Positions 22,702 through 31,186 of a stretch of 64,000 bases of DNA are shown here, piece after piece. The DNA is from Anaeromyxobacteraceae bacterium. GTDB lineage: Bacteria > Myxococcota > Myxococcia > Myxococcales > Anaeromyxobacteraceae. The stretch spans positions 2,560,001-2,624,000 of the forward strand of contig JASGHJ010000002.1 in the NCBI GenBank assembly GCA_047602405.1, written 5' to 3'. The translations under genes and the position numbers were made by a program. Under the pieces are notes generated by a model, which saw only the letters and a program-made list of their open reading frames with translations, made no database searches and was not told the origin of the DNA. Each line of letters starts with the position of its first letter. Within the stretch, counting starts at the first letter, position 1.

Positions 22702-24090
22702 ATGAAGTCTCCCTGGAAGCAGATCCTGGCTGCCCTCGCCGTCTGTCTGCCGCTGGTGACGTTCGCCCAGACCCCGGCCGCCGAGCCCGCGAAGCCCGCG
22801 GACACCGCGGCCCCCGCCCCGGCGCCCGCGCCCGCGAAGGAGGAGGGCGTCAAGATCACCTGGTACGGCTTCATCCTCGCGAACATGTACTTCGACAGCG
22901 GCACCTTCTCCGCGAAGGACTACCCGGGCGCCGTCGCCCGCGATCCCGCCGGCGCCGGCGGCGCGACGCTCTTCAGCGCCCGCCAGACCCGCTTCGGCAT
23001 CCGCCTGTCCACGAAGGACGCGAACATCACCGGCGCCGAGCTGACCGGTAACGCCGAGTTCGACTTCAAGGGCGGCAACATCCCCTCGACGTTCGCGAGC
23101 ACGACGACCTGCACGGCGCCGGTGCCGCCGGCGACCGCCAACACCTGCACGACGACCACCACCGCGGGCGGCAACTCGAACGCCTGGAACGCGAACGTCC
23201 TCCGCATGCGCATCGGCACGGTCACCGCCACCTGGAAGACCTCGGCCGGCAGCATCGCGGTCCTGGCCGGTCAGGCCCCGGGCCTCGTGAACGGCCTCTT
23301 CGCCGAGTCCGTGACCTGGGTCGCCGACCCGCTCTTCTGGCAGGCCGGCAACATCTGGCGGCGCGCCCCGCAGATCCGTCTCTCCTACGGCAACACCTTC
23401 GGCCCCGCCGCCCTCGGCGTCGAGGTCGCGGCGCTCTCCGGCACGGACGCCACCCCGACCGGCTCCGTCCCCGGCCTCTCCTTCGACTACGGCGCGGCCA
23501 ACCGCTCCCGCAACCCCGAGCTCGAGGCGCACGCCTCCCTCACCGTGAAGCCGATGGCCGGCGTCTCCGCGATGGTCGGCCTGGGCGTCAACCGCGCGAA
23601 GCGCACCTACGACGTCTCCACGAACAAGAAGAACCTCAACGCCTCGGCGTTCGGCCTCGAGTGGGACGTCAACGTCCCGTACGCGCAGCTGAAGGGCGAG
23701 TACTACACGACGAAGGGCGAGGAGGATTCGTACAACGGCGCGACGGCGGTCATCGTCGGCGCGGCCGGCGCCCGTGAGCTCGTGAAGAGCTCCGGCTACT
23801 GGGCGCAGCTCATCCTGAAGCCGGTCGACGCCGTGTGGGTCTACGGCGGCATGGGCTCGGTGAAGGGTGACGACGCGGGCAACGACAAGGTCGCGGCGGC
23901 CGCCCGCGCGACCACCCGCGCGAAGAACCAGCAGACGGCCGCGGGCCTGATCGTCAACTTCTCGAAGGCCTGGCGGCTCGGCGTCGAGTACGTGATGGTC
24001 AAGACCACGTGGCTCGGCGCGACGAACACGGCCGCCGAGATCGCGAACAAGTCGAACCAGTTCGCCATCTCGACCCAGCTGAAGTTCTAG
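22702..24090 (+). CDS. Outer membrane porin (DcaP-like)
   Basis: GGAGG RBS, signal peptide, WYGFI, FSARQTRFG, EFDF and WRRAPQIR motifs, terminal Phe. Confidence 0.75.
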   Translation: MKSPWKQILAALAVCLPLVTFAQTPAAEPAKPADTAAPAPAPAPAKEEGVKITWYGFILANMYFDSGTFSAKDYPGAVARDPAGAGGATLFSARQTRFGIRLSTKDANITGAELTGNAEFDFKGGNIPSTFASTTTCTAPVPPATANTCTTTTTAGGNSNAWNANVLRMRIGTVTATWKTSAGSIAVLAGQAPGLVNGLFAESVTWVADPLFWQAGNIWRRAPQIRLSYGNTFGPAALGVEVAALSGTDATPTGSVPGLSFDYGAANRSRNPELEAHASLTVKPMAGVSAMVGLGVNRAKRTYDVSTNKKNLNASAFGLEWDVNVPYAQLKGEYYTTKGEEDSYNGATAVIVGAAGARELVKSSGYWAQLILKPVDAVWVYGGMGSVKGDDAGNDKVAAAARATTRAKNQQTAAGLIVNFSKAWRLGVEYVMVKTTWLGATNTAAEIANKSNQFAISTQLKF

Positions 24091-24108
24091 GCAAGAGACG
24101 CTCCAGGG

Positions 24109-24138
24109 GGCCCGTCCGGGAGAATTCCCGGACGGGCC
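24109..24138. terminator. 13-bp stem hairpin after the porin gene (terminator or mRNA stabiliser)
   Basis: GGCCCGTCCGGGA-gaat-TCCCGGACGGGCC. Confidence 0.6.
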
Positions 24139-24185
24139 TCTTCGTCCGAAGCTTGCTGCATCACCGGAACCCACAAGGAGTGGAC

Positions 24186-25340
24186 ATGATGAAGAAGCTC
24201 GCGCTCGTGGTCGCCGCCGCGCTCCTCGCCCTGCCGGGCAGGGGCCTCGCCCAGGTCAAGGTCGGCTTCATCAACTCCATCACGGGGCCGGAGGCCCCCA
24301 TCGGCGAGACCCTGACGAACGGGGTCGAGCTCGCGATGGAGGACCTCGCCAAGAAGGGCATCAAGATCCAGCTCGTGAAGCAGGACGATACGGGCAAGCC
24401 GCCGGTCGCGATGAGCGCGATGGAGCAGCTCGCCACCGGTGACGAGGTCGCGGCCGTGGTCGGCCCCTACACCTCCGCCAACGCCAACGCCGTGGCGAAG
24501 CTCGCCGCCCAGTACAAGGTCGCCCAGGTGATCCCGGCGGCCTCGAAGGAGGACATCACCCGGCAGGGCAACAAGTACGTGTTCCGGGTGAACGCCCCCT
24601 CGCACAGCTACGCCGAGTCCCTCATCGACCTCGCGCTCTCGCAGGGCAAGCCGAAGACCATCGCCTTCATCTACGAGTCCACCGACTTCGGCACCTCCGC
24701 CGCGGCCGCCGGCAAGGAGTACTCCGCGAAGAAGGGGCTCCAGGTCGTCGGCGACGAGGCCTACCAGAAGGGCGCGCCGGACTACCGCTCCACCCTCACG
24801 AAGGTGAAGGCCGCCAACCCCGACCTCGTCTTCATGGTCTCCTACGTGGCCGACGCGATCCTGCTCATGCGGCAGGCGCGCGAGGTGGGCCTGAAGCCCA
24901 TGGCGTTCCTGGGCGGCGGCGCGGGCTTCGACACGACCCAGTTCGAGAGCGAGAAGGACATCTCCAACCTCGTGTTCTCGACCACCCAGTGGACGCCCGA
25001 CATGGGCACGCCGGGCGCGGCCGACTTCGCGAAGCGGTACCAGGCGAAGTACGGCAAGCCGGCCACCTACCACGCGGCCTGCGCCTACGCCTCGATGATG
25101 ATCGTCGGCGAGACCGTCGGGAAGGTCGGCGGCGACAAGGAGAAGGTCCGGGACGCGCTCGCGAGCGGCAGCTGGACCGGCATCATGGGCGAGGTGAAGT
25201 TCGAGACGTTCGACGGCTTCACGAACCAGAACAAGCACGACATGGCCGTCGTGCAGTACCAGGCCGGCGTGAAGGAGACGGTCTTCCCGCCGAAGTTCGC
25301 GAAGAAGAAGCCGGTGTGGCCCTTCACCTGGGGCAAGTGA
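24186..25340 (+). CDS. ABC transporter substrate-binding protein (LivK-like)
   Basis: Signal peptide, VKVGFINSITG, VVGPYTS and YVFRV; heads the liv-type operon. Confidence 0.9.
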   Translation: MMKKLALVVAAALLALPGRGLAQVKVGFINSITGPEAPIGETLTNGVELAMEDLAKKGIKIQLVKQDDTGKPPVAMSAMEQLATGDEVAAVVGPYTSANANAVAKLAAQYKVAQVIPAASKEDITRQGNKYVFRVNAPSHSYAESLIDLALSQGKPKTIAFIYESTDFGTSAAAAGKEYSAKKGLQVVGDEAYQKGAPDYRSTLTKVKAANPDLVFMVSYVADAILLMRQAREVGLKPMAFLGGGAGFDTTQFESEKDISNLVFSTTQWTPDMGTPGAADFAKRYQAKYGKPATYHAACAYASMMIVGETVGKVGGDKEKVRDALASGSWTGIMGEVKFETFDGFTNQNKHDMAVVQYQAGVKETVFPPKFAKKKPVWPFTWGK

Positions 25341-25390
25341 TCCAGCGCAACCCGCGCGCGCGCTCCGCCGAGGGGCCCGCGCGTTGACGC

Positions 25391-25428
25391 GGGGCGGCGT
25401 GCCTTCGGGCCGCCGCCCCTTTCTTTTC
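25391..25428 (+). terminator. Intrinsic terminator
   Basis: GGGGCGGCG...CGCCGCCCC stem followed by TTTCTTTT. Confidence 0.75.
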
Positions 25429-25540
25429 CGACGCCGAAGGAGCGAGTTTTTCTGCTCCTCGACGACCCGAAGTCATTGCGAGCCGGCGGTCGCATTCTGT
25501 ACCCTTCCGGACCTTCCCGCTGCACCGCAGAGAGGCACCG

Positions 25541-26407
25541 ATGACCCTGTTCCTGCAGTCCGTGATCAGCGGCGTGCTCGTGGGCGGCGTCTACGCGCTC
25601 ATCGGCATCGGGCTCACGATCATCTTCGGCGTGATGCGCGTCATCAACTTCGCGCACGGCGACCTGCTCATGCTGGGCATGTACGTCACCTGGCTCGTCT
25701 TCAGGTTCCTCGGGCTCGACCCGTTCCTGTCGATCGTGGTCACCGCCCCGGTGATGTTCCTCTTCGGCGCCTTCCTGCAGAAGACGTTCATCAACCGCGC
25801 GCTGAACGCGCTCCCGCAGAACCAGATCCTGCTCACCATCGGCCTCGGGCTCGTGATGTCCAACACGGTGATGCTGATCTTCACCTCGGACTACCAGATC
25901 CTGACCACGACCTACTCGTCCTCGAGCTACAGCCTCGGCGGCATCTCGATCTCCCAGCCGCTCCTCTTCGCCTTCCTCATCACGGCGGCGATCACCGGGG
26001 CGCTGTACTGGTTCCTCCTCAAGACCGACACCGGGCAGGCCATCCGCGCCACCGCGCAGGACCGCGACGCCGCCCAGCTCATGGGCATCAACGTGGGCGC
26101 GATGTCGGTGCTCGCCTTCGGCCTCGGCGCGGCGCTCGCCGGCACGGCCGGCGCGCTGATCTCGCCGACCTACTACATCTTCCCGCAGGTCGGCGGCACC
26201 TTCACCCTGAAGGCCTTCGTGATCGTGGTGCTCGGCGGCATGGGCAGCGTCATCGGCGCGACGCTGGGCGGGATCATCATCGGCGTGACCGAGTCGCTCG
26301 CCGCCGTCTACGTCGCCTCCGGCCTGAAGGAGCTCGTGGTCTTCGTGCTCTTCCTCGCCCTCCTCCTCTTCAAGCCATCCGGCCTCCTGGGCAAGACCCG
26401 GGCATGA
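25541..26407 (+). CDS. livH: Branched-chain-type ABC transporter permease
   Basis: GLTIIFGVMRVINFAHG, GQAIRATAQD and LGGMGS motifs. Confidence 0.9.
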   Translation: MTLFLQSVISGVLVGGVYALIGIGLTIIFGVMRVINFAHGDLLMLGMYVTWLVFRFLGLDPFLSIVVTAPVMFLFGAFLQKTFINRALNALPQNQILLTIGLGLVMSNTVMLIFTSDYQILTTTYSSSSYSLGGISISQPLLFAFLITAAITGALYWFLLKTDTGQAIRATAQDRDAAQLMGINVGAMSVLAFGLGAALAGTAGALISPTYYIFPQVGGTFTLKAFVIVVLGGMGSVIGATLGGIIIGVTESLAAVYVASGLKELVVFVLFLALLLFKPSGLLGKTRA

Positions 26408-27528
26408 CGGGAGCCACCATGCACCGCGCCGATCCCCTCCCCGCTCGCCCGCCCGCCCCGCGCGGCAGCGCCCTCGTCTGGACCCTCGTGGCCGTCGCCG
26501 CGGTGGTGTTCCTGGCCATCTTCCCGCAGTTCGTGAAGAAGCCCTACGTGCTGCACATGGGCATCATGCTGTTCCTCGCGATCATCCAGGGCCAGGCCTG
26601 GAACGTGATCGGCGGGTACACCGGCCAGTACTCGGTCGGCCACGCCGCCTACTTCGGCGTGGGCGCCTACACGACCATGATGCTGCTCGTGGGCTACCAG
26701 ATGCCGCCGTGGTGGGGCATCTGGCTGGCGGTCGTGAACGCCGTGATCCTCTCGCTCGTGATCGGCTCCATCACGTTCCGCCTGCGCGGGCCGTACTTCG
26801 TGCTCGCCTCGATCTCGGTCGCGGAGATCATCCGGCTCGCCACCCTCCACTTCAAGGGCTTCACCCGCGGCGCCGAGGGCTACCTCCTCGACGCCATCCC
26901 GACGCTCAACCTGTTCGGGACCGAGATCGAGTTCTTCACGAAGCGGCCCTTCTATTACATCGCGCTCGCGCTCGCGGTGGTGTCCGTGATCGTCAACTGG
27001 GCCGTGCAGCACTCGAAGCTCGGCTACTACTTCCAGGCCATCCGCGAGGACCAGGACGCGGCCCACTCGCTCGGGATCAACCTCACCATCTACAAGAACG
27101 TGGCGCTCGCCATCTCGGCGGCCTTCACCGCGCTCGCGGGCGGCTTCTACGCGATGTACGTGAAGTTCGTCGACCCGAACGTCTTCAGCCTCCCCGAGAT
27201 CTCGATCCCCATCGTGCTGGTCGCCATCATCGGCGGCATCGGCACGATCGTGGGGCCGGTCATCGGCGCGATGGTCCTCATCCCGCTCTCCGAGATCCTC
27301 CGCAACCCGAAGGGGCTCGTGCAGGTCGGCATCCTCTCCTCCGACTCCGCCATCGTGACCTTCATCGACGCCCACCTCTCGAACGCCCACCTCCTCTTCT
27401 ACGGCGGGCTCGTGGTCGTGGTGATCCTCTTCGCGCCGGACGGCGTCCTCGGCGTCCTCCGCTCGCTCGCCCAGAAGGCCCGCCGCCGCCGCGCCCCCCA
27501 GGCCGCGCCGCCCGCGGCCGCGGCCTAG
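26404..27528 (+). CDS. livM: Branched-chain-type ABC transporter permease
   Basis: ATGA overlap with livH; GYTGQYSVGHAAYFG, RLRGPYF, AIREDQDAA and GGIG motifs. Confidence 0.9.
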   Translation: MTGATMHRADPLPARPPAPRGSALVWTLVAVAAVVFLAIFPQFVKKPYVLHMGIMLFLAIIQGQAWNVIGGYTGQYSVGHAAYFGVGAYTTMMLLVGYQMPPWWGIWLAVVNAVILSLVIGSITFRLRGPYFVLASISVAEIIRLATLHFKGFTRGAEGYLLDAIPTLNLFGTEIEFFTKRPFYYIALALAVVSVIVNWAVQHSKLGYYFQAIREDQDAAHSLGINLTIYKNVALAISAAFTALAGGFYAMYVKFVDPNVFSLPEISIPIVLVAIIGGIGTIVGPVIGAMVLIPLSEILRNPKGLVQVGILSSDSAIVTFIDAHLSNAHLLFYGGLVVVVILFAPDGVLGVLRSLAQKARRRRAPQAAPPAAAA

Positions 27529-27537
27529 GAGACCGAC

Positions 27538-28263
27538 ATGGCCGACCCCATCCTCAAGATCGAGCACGTCTCCAAGTTCTTCGGAGGCCTCGCCGCCAAC
27601 TCCGACGTCTCGTTCCAGATGGAGCACGGGATGATCATGGGCCTCATCGGCCCGAACGGCGCGGGCAAGACCACCCTCTTCAACTGCATCACCGGCTACT
27701 ACCCGCCCTCCCGCGGCGAGGTGGTGTTCAAGGGCGTGCGCCTCAACGGCCTCGAGCCGGACGACGTCTGCCGCCTCGGGATGGTCCGCACCTGGCAGAA
27801 GGTGCGCCCGCTCGCGAAGCTCAGCGTGCTCGACAACGTCATGGTGGGCGCGCTCGCGCGGACCAACAGCCTCAAGGTCGCCCGCGAGGTCGCCCACGAG
27901 CAGCTCCGGATCGTGAAGCTCGACCATAAATCCTCGTTCCTCGCCGGCGGGCTCCCCATCGGCGAGCGCAAGAAGCTCGAGGTGGCCCGGGCCCTCGCGA
28001 CGAAGCCCGAGCTCCTCCTCCTCGACGAGGTGATGGGCGGCCTCAACCCGGCCGAGTCCGAGGAGATCATCCAGCTCATCCTGGAGCTCAAGAAGGCCGG
28101 CCTCACGCAGATGGTCATCGAGCACGACATGAAGGCCATCATGCGGATCTCCGACCGCATCGTGGTCCTCACCTCCGGCGAGAAGCTCGCCGAGGGCGGG
28201 CCGCGGGAGATCGCCGATCACCCCGACGTCATCGCCGCCTACCTCGGCGAGCGGGTGGAGTGA
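27538..28263 (+). CDS. livG: ABC transporter ATP-binding protein
   Basis: GPNGAGKTT, LLDE and IEHDM motifs. Confidence 0.92.
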   Translation: MADPILKIEHVSKFFGGLAANSDVSFQMEHGMIMGLIGPNGAGKTTLFNCITGYYPPSRGEVVFKGVRLNGLEPDDVCRLGMVRTWQKVRPLAKLSVLDNVMVGALARTNSLKVAREVAHEQLRIVKLDHKSSFLAGGLPIGERKKLEVARALATKPELLLLDEVMGGLNPAESEEIIQLILELKKAGLTQMVIEHDMKAIMRISDRIVVLTSGEKLAEGGPREIADHPDVIAAYLGERVE

Positions 28264-28267
28264 CGCC

Positions 28268-28972
28268 ATGCTGAAGATCGAGAACCTCAACTTCGCGTAC
28301 GGGGACCTCCAGGTCCTCTGGGACGTCTCGCTCGAGGTGAAGCAGGGCGAGATCGTGACCGTGGTCGGCGCGAACGGCGCCGGCAAGTCGACCACGCTCC
28401 GCAACGTCTCCCGCCTCGTCCGCCCGACCTCGGGCCGGATCACCTTCGAGGGGCAGGAGATCAACCGGATCCCCTCCCACAAGGTCGTCGAGCTCGGCCT
28501 CATCCAGGTCCCCGAGGCGCGCCGCATCTTCCCGGAGATGACGGTCGTCGAGAACCTCCGCATGGGCTCGTTCGTCAAGACCGCCCGGGCCGACCGCGAC
28601 CGGAACATGGAGCGGGTCTTCTCGCTCTTCCCCCGCCTCGCCGAGCGCAAGGGCCAGCTCGGCGGCACGATGTCCGGCGGCGAGCAGCAGATGCTCGCCA
28701 TCGGCCGCGGCCTCATGGCGAACCCGAAGGTGCTGCTCCTCGACGAGCCGTCCCTGGGCCTCTCCCCGCTGCTCGTGAAGAACATCTTCTCGATCATCCA
28801 GGAGATCAACCGGCAGGGGACGACCGTGCTGCTCGTCGAGCAGAACGTCTACCAGTCCCTCCACATCTCCCACCGCGCCTACGTCATGGAGACCGGGCGG
28901 GTGGTACTCTCCGGCACCGGCGCGGAGCTCCTGGCCGACCCGCACGTGAAGAAGGCCTTCCTGGGCATGTAG
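28268..28972 (+). CDS. livF: ABC transporter ATP-binding protein
   Basis: GANGAGKST, MSGGEQQM, LDEPSLGL and VEQN motifs. Confidence 0.92.
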   Translation: MLKIENLNFAYGDLQVLWDVSLEVKQGEIVTVVGANGAGKSTTLRNVSRLVRPTSGRITFEGQEINRIPSHKVVELGLIQVPEARRIFPEMTVVENLRMGSFVKTARADRDRNMERVFSLFPRLAERKGQLGGTMSGGEQQMLAIGRGLMANPKVLLLDEPSLGLSPLLVKNIFSIIQEINRQGTTVLLVEQNVYQSLHISHRAYVMETGRVVLSGTGAELLADPHVKKAFLGM

Positions 28973-28989
28973 CAGCTGAGGACCATCAC

Positions 28990-29418
28990 ATGGCGAACGA
29001 GAAGAAGACCGTCGGCGACTGGATGACGAAGAGCCCGATCACGGTCGACGCCGGCGCGTCGATCATCGAGGCGGTCCACCTCCTGCGCGAGCGCAACATC
29101 CGGCGCCTCCCGGTCATGAAGGGCGGCCGCCTCGTGGGGCTCGTGACCGAGCGCATGCTCCTCGGCTACATGCCGGCGAAGGCCACCACCCTCGACCAGT
29201 GGGAGATGCACTACCTCCTGTCGAAGACGCCGGTGACCGAGGCCATGAACCCGACCCCGCACACCGTCCGCGCCGACACGCCCCTCTCCGAGGCGGCCCG
29301 GCTGCTCCACGACCGCAAGCTCAACGGCGTCATCGTGGTGGACGAGGGCGGCGACATGGTCGGCATCATGACGACCACGAACGCCCTCGAGGCGCTGATC
29401 CACTTCTCGGCGCGGTAA
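28990..29418 (+). CDS. CBS domain pair protein (AcuB-like)
   Basis: VGDWMT..PIT, IRRLPV, LVGLVT and a second CBS repeat. Confidence 0.88.
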   Translation: MANEKKTVGDWMTKSPITVDAGASIIEAVHLLRERNIRRLPVMKGGRLVGLVTERMLLGYMPAKATTLDQWEMHYLLSKTPVTEAMNPTPHTVRADTPLSEAARLLHDRKLNGVIVVDEGGDMVGIMTTTNALEALIHFSAR

Positions 29419-29440
29419 ACCCCGTCGCTACAGCGCCGTT

Positions 29441-29487
29441 CGTCCCTCGTCTCCGGGCCCGCGAAGCGGGCCCGGAGACGAGGGACG
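29441..29487. terminator. Perfect 22-bp hairpin with GAA loop
   Basis: CGTCCCTCGTCTCCGGGCCCGC-GAA-GCGGGCCCGGAGACGAGGGACG, just after the operon. Confidence 0.7.
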
Positions 29488-29500
29488 CCCCTGGCCCCTC

Positions 29501-30150
29501 TCCTGGTGGCGGGTCCGTAGGGCCGCCTCGCGGGGTCTCTCCGCTCCTCGGGCGCAAGGCAAAGGCCCGCCGCGTCGGGGATCCTGGAGACGGCGCCGAG
29601 GATGGGAAGGCCGCGGCACCACCACGCGCGCCATGCGAGGCGGGGGGAGCGTGGTGATCGACGGGAGCAACAGGTCCTTGATGACTGAGGCGGTGCTGGC
29701 CGCCTCGCATGTCACGCTTGGTGCAGATCGCGGCTCCGATCTCGGGCGGGCCTGCCGGCGCCCTGCGGGGCAGAGAGACCCCGCAGGCGGCCTACGAAGC
29801 GTGGAGATGTGGTGAGGCCGCGAGGACGAGCGACGAAGGCCTCTCCAACGCCAACATAGGCGCTCCCACCGCAACCGCCCCCTGCGGCCGTATCGCTGGG
29901 CCTCTCCGCCCGGAGGGCCCTCGGCAGGCCCGCCCAAGATCGGAGCCGCGATCTGCGCGGAGCGTGCCAGGCGAACAACGGCGCCGTCGCCCTCACCTGC
30001 GCGCCCCGCTCGCCTGGCACGCGTGGACGCGCCGCGGGTCACCATCAGCTCCCTGCCGCCCACCAGGATCCCCTCCGCGGCGGGCCTTTGCCCAAGGGCC
30101 CGAGGACGGAGAGGCCCAGCGAGGAGGCCGCCACGGCGACGCCGGCAGGA
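29501..30150. repeat. Nested inverted-repeat non-coding element (MITE-like or structured RNA)
   Basis: Arms 29521-29587/30063-30129, 29723-29757/29922-29956, 29632-29643/29700-29711 and 29962-29974/30010-30022. Confidence 0.85.
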
Positions 30151-30185
30151 ATGCCGGGAGACGCCGACGGGAGACGCCGGCAGGT

Positions 30186-30935
30186 TCAGCTCTTGAGGAA
30201 GAAGCGGGCCGCGGCCACGAGGCCGATGGAGATCGCGATCCCGCGCATCAGCGTGGGCGAGAGGCGCTGCGCGAAGTGCGCGCCCACGAACCCGCCCACG
30301 ATGGACGCGACCGCCATGACGCCGGCCTCGAGCCAGTGCACGTCGCCGACGATCACGAACAGGCTCGCCGCCATGGTGTTCGTGAAGAGGGCGTTCAGGT
30401 TCTTGAGCGCGTTCGCGTGCTGCTGGCCCTCCCTGAGGAGGAGCCCCATGGCCGCGAGCATCAGGATGCCGATGCCGGCGCCGAAGTAGCCGCCGTAGAT
30501 CGAGATCAGGAGCTGCGCGAGCCAGAGCGCGGCCGGGTGGTTACCGTGGGGCCACCGCGCGAGCGCCGCCTTGAGCGGGTTCTGCAGTGCGAGGAGCAGG
30601 CAGGCGAAGAGGATGAGCCACGGCACCACGAGCGCGAAGACCTTGCCGGGCAGGAGCAACAAGAGGGACGACCCGATGATCCCGCCGATGAGCGACGGGA
30701 CCGCGAAGAAGACCACCCGGTGGCGCATCTCGCCGATGTGCCCGCGGTAGGCGAGCGCGGAGGCGACCTGGCCCGGGTAGAGCGCGATCGTGCTCGTCAC
30801 GTTCGCCGAGACCGGCGTGAGGCCCGCCGCGAGCAGCGACGGGAAGGTCACGAGCGTGCCGCCGCCGGCCACGGCGTTCATCGAGCCGGCCAGGGCGGCG
30901 GAGCCTGCGATCAGGGCGGCGGTCCCGGGCGTCAC
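30186..30935 (-). CDS. Sulfite exporter TauE/SafE (TSUP) family protein
   Basis: AGSMNAVAGGGTLVTFP, YGGYFGAGIG and ANALKN motifs. GTG start at 30935. Confidence 0.88.
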   Translation of the reverse strand: MTPGTAALIAGSAALAGSMNAVAGGGTLVTFPSLLAAGLTPVSANVTSTIALYPGQVASALAYRGHIGEMRHRVVFFAVPSLIGGIIGSSLLLLLPGKVFALVVPWLILFACLLLALQNPLKAALARWPHGNHPAALWLAQLLISIYGGYFGAGIGILMLAAMGLLLREGQQHANALKNLNALFTNTMAASLFVIVGDVHWLEAGVMAVASIVGGFVGAHFAQRLSPTLMRGIAISIGLVAAARFFLKS

Positions 30936-30960
30936 GGACGTGAGGGTATAAGATGTGGGC

Positions 30961-31179
30961 ATGGCCCTCACCACCGATCGCGGCGAGATCCTCCACTTCT
31001 GCGGGCGGCACGCCCTCTCACCCGCGGTCCGCGACGGCGCGCCCGCCCTGGCGGGCCACGGCGACGGCGCCGGCCGCTGCGGCTGGGCGCGGTTCTTCGA
31101 GGCGATGGCGGAGCGCGGGGTCGGGTTGAAGGTCCCGGACCCCGAGTCCGAGGCGGCGACGTTCGAGAAGCTGTCCTGA
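30961..31179 (+). CDS. Small hypothetical protein
   Basis: 72-aa ORF with coding-like codon bias, preceded by a TAAGAT -10 element. Confidence 0.6.
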   Translation: MALTTDRGEILHFCGRHALSPAVRDGAPALAGHGDGAGRCGWARFFEAMAERGVGLKVPDPESEAATFEKLS

Positions 31180-31186
31180 GCCCCTC

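Noticed and set aside
29428..30063. ORFs inside the inverted-repeat region
   Set aside because: No recognisable motifs and no coding-type codon bias. Similar peptides on opposite strands simply reflect the inverted repeat.
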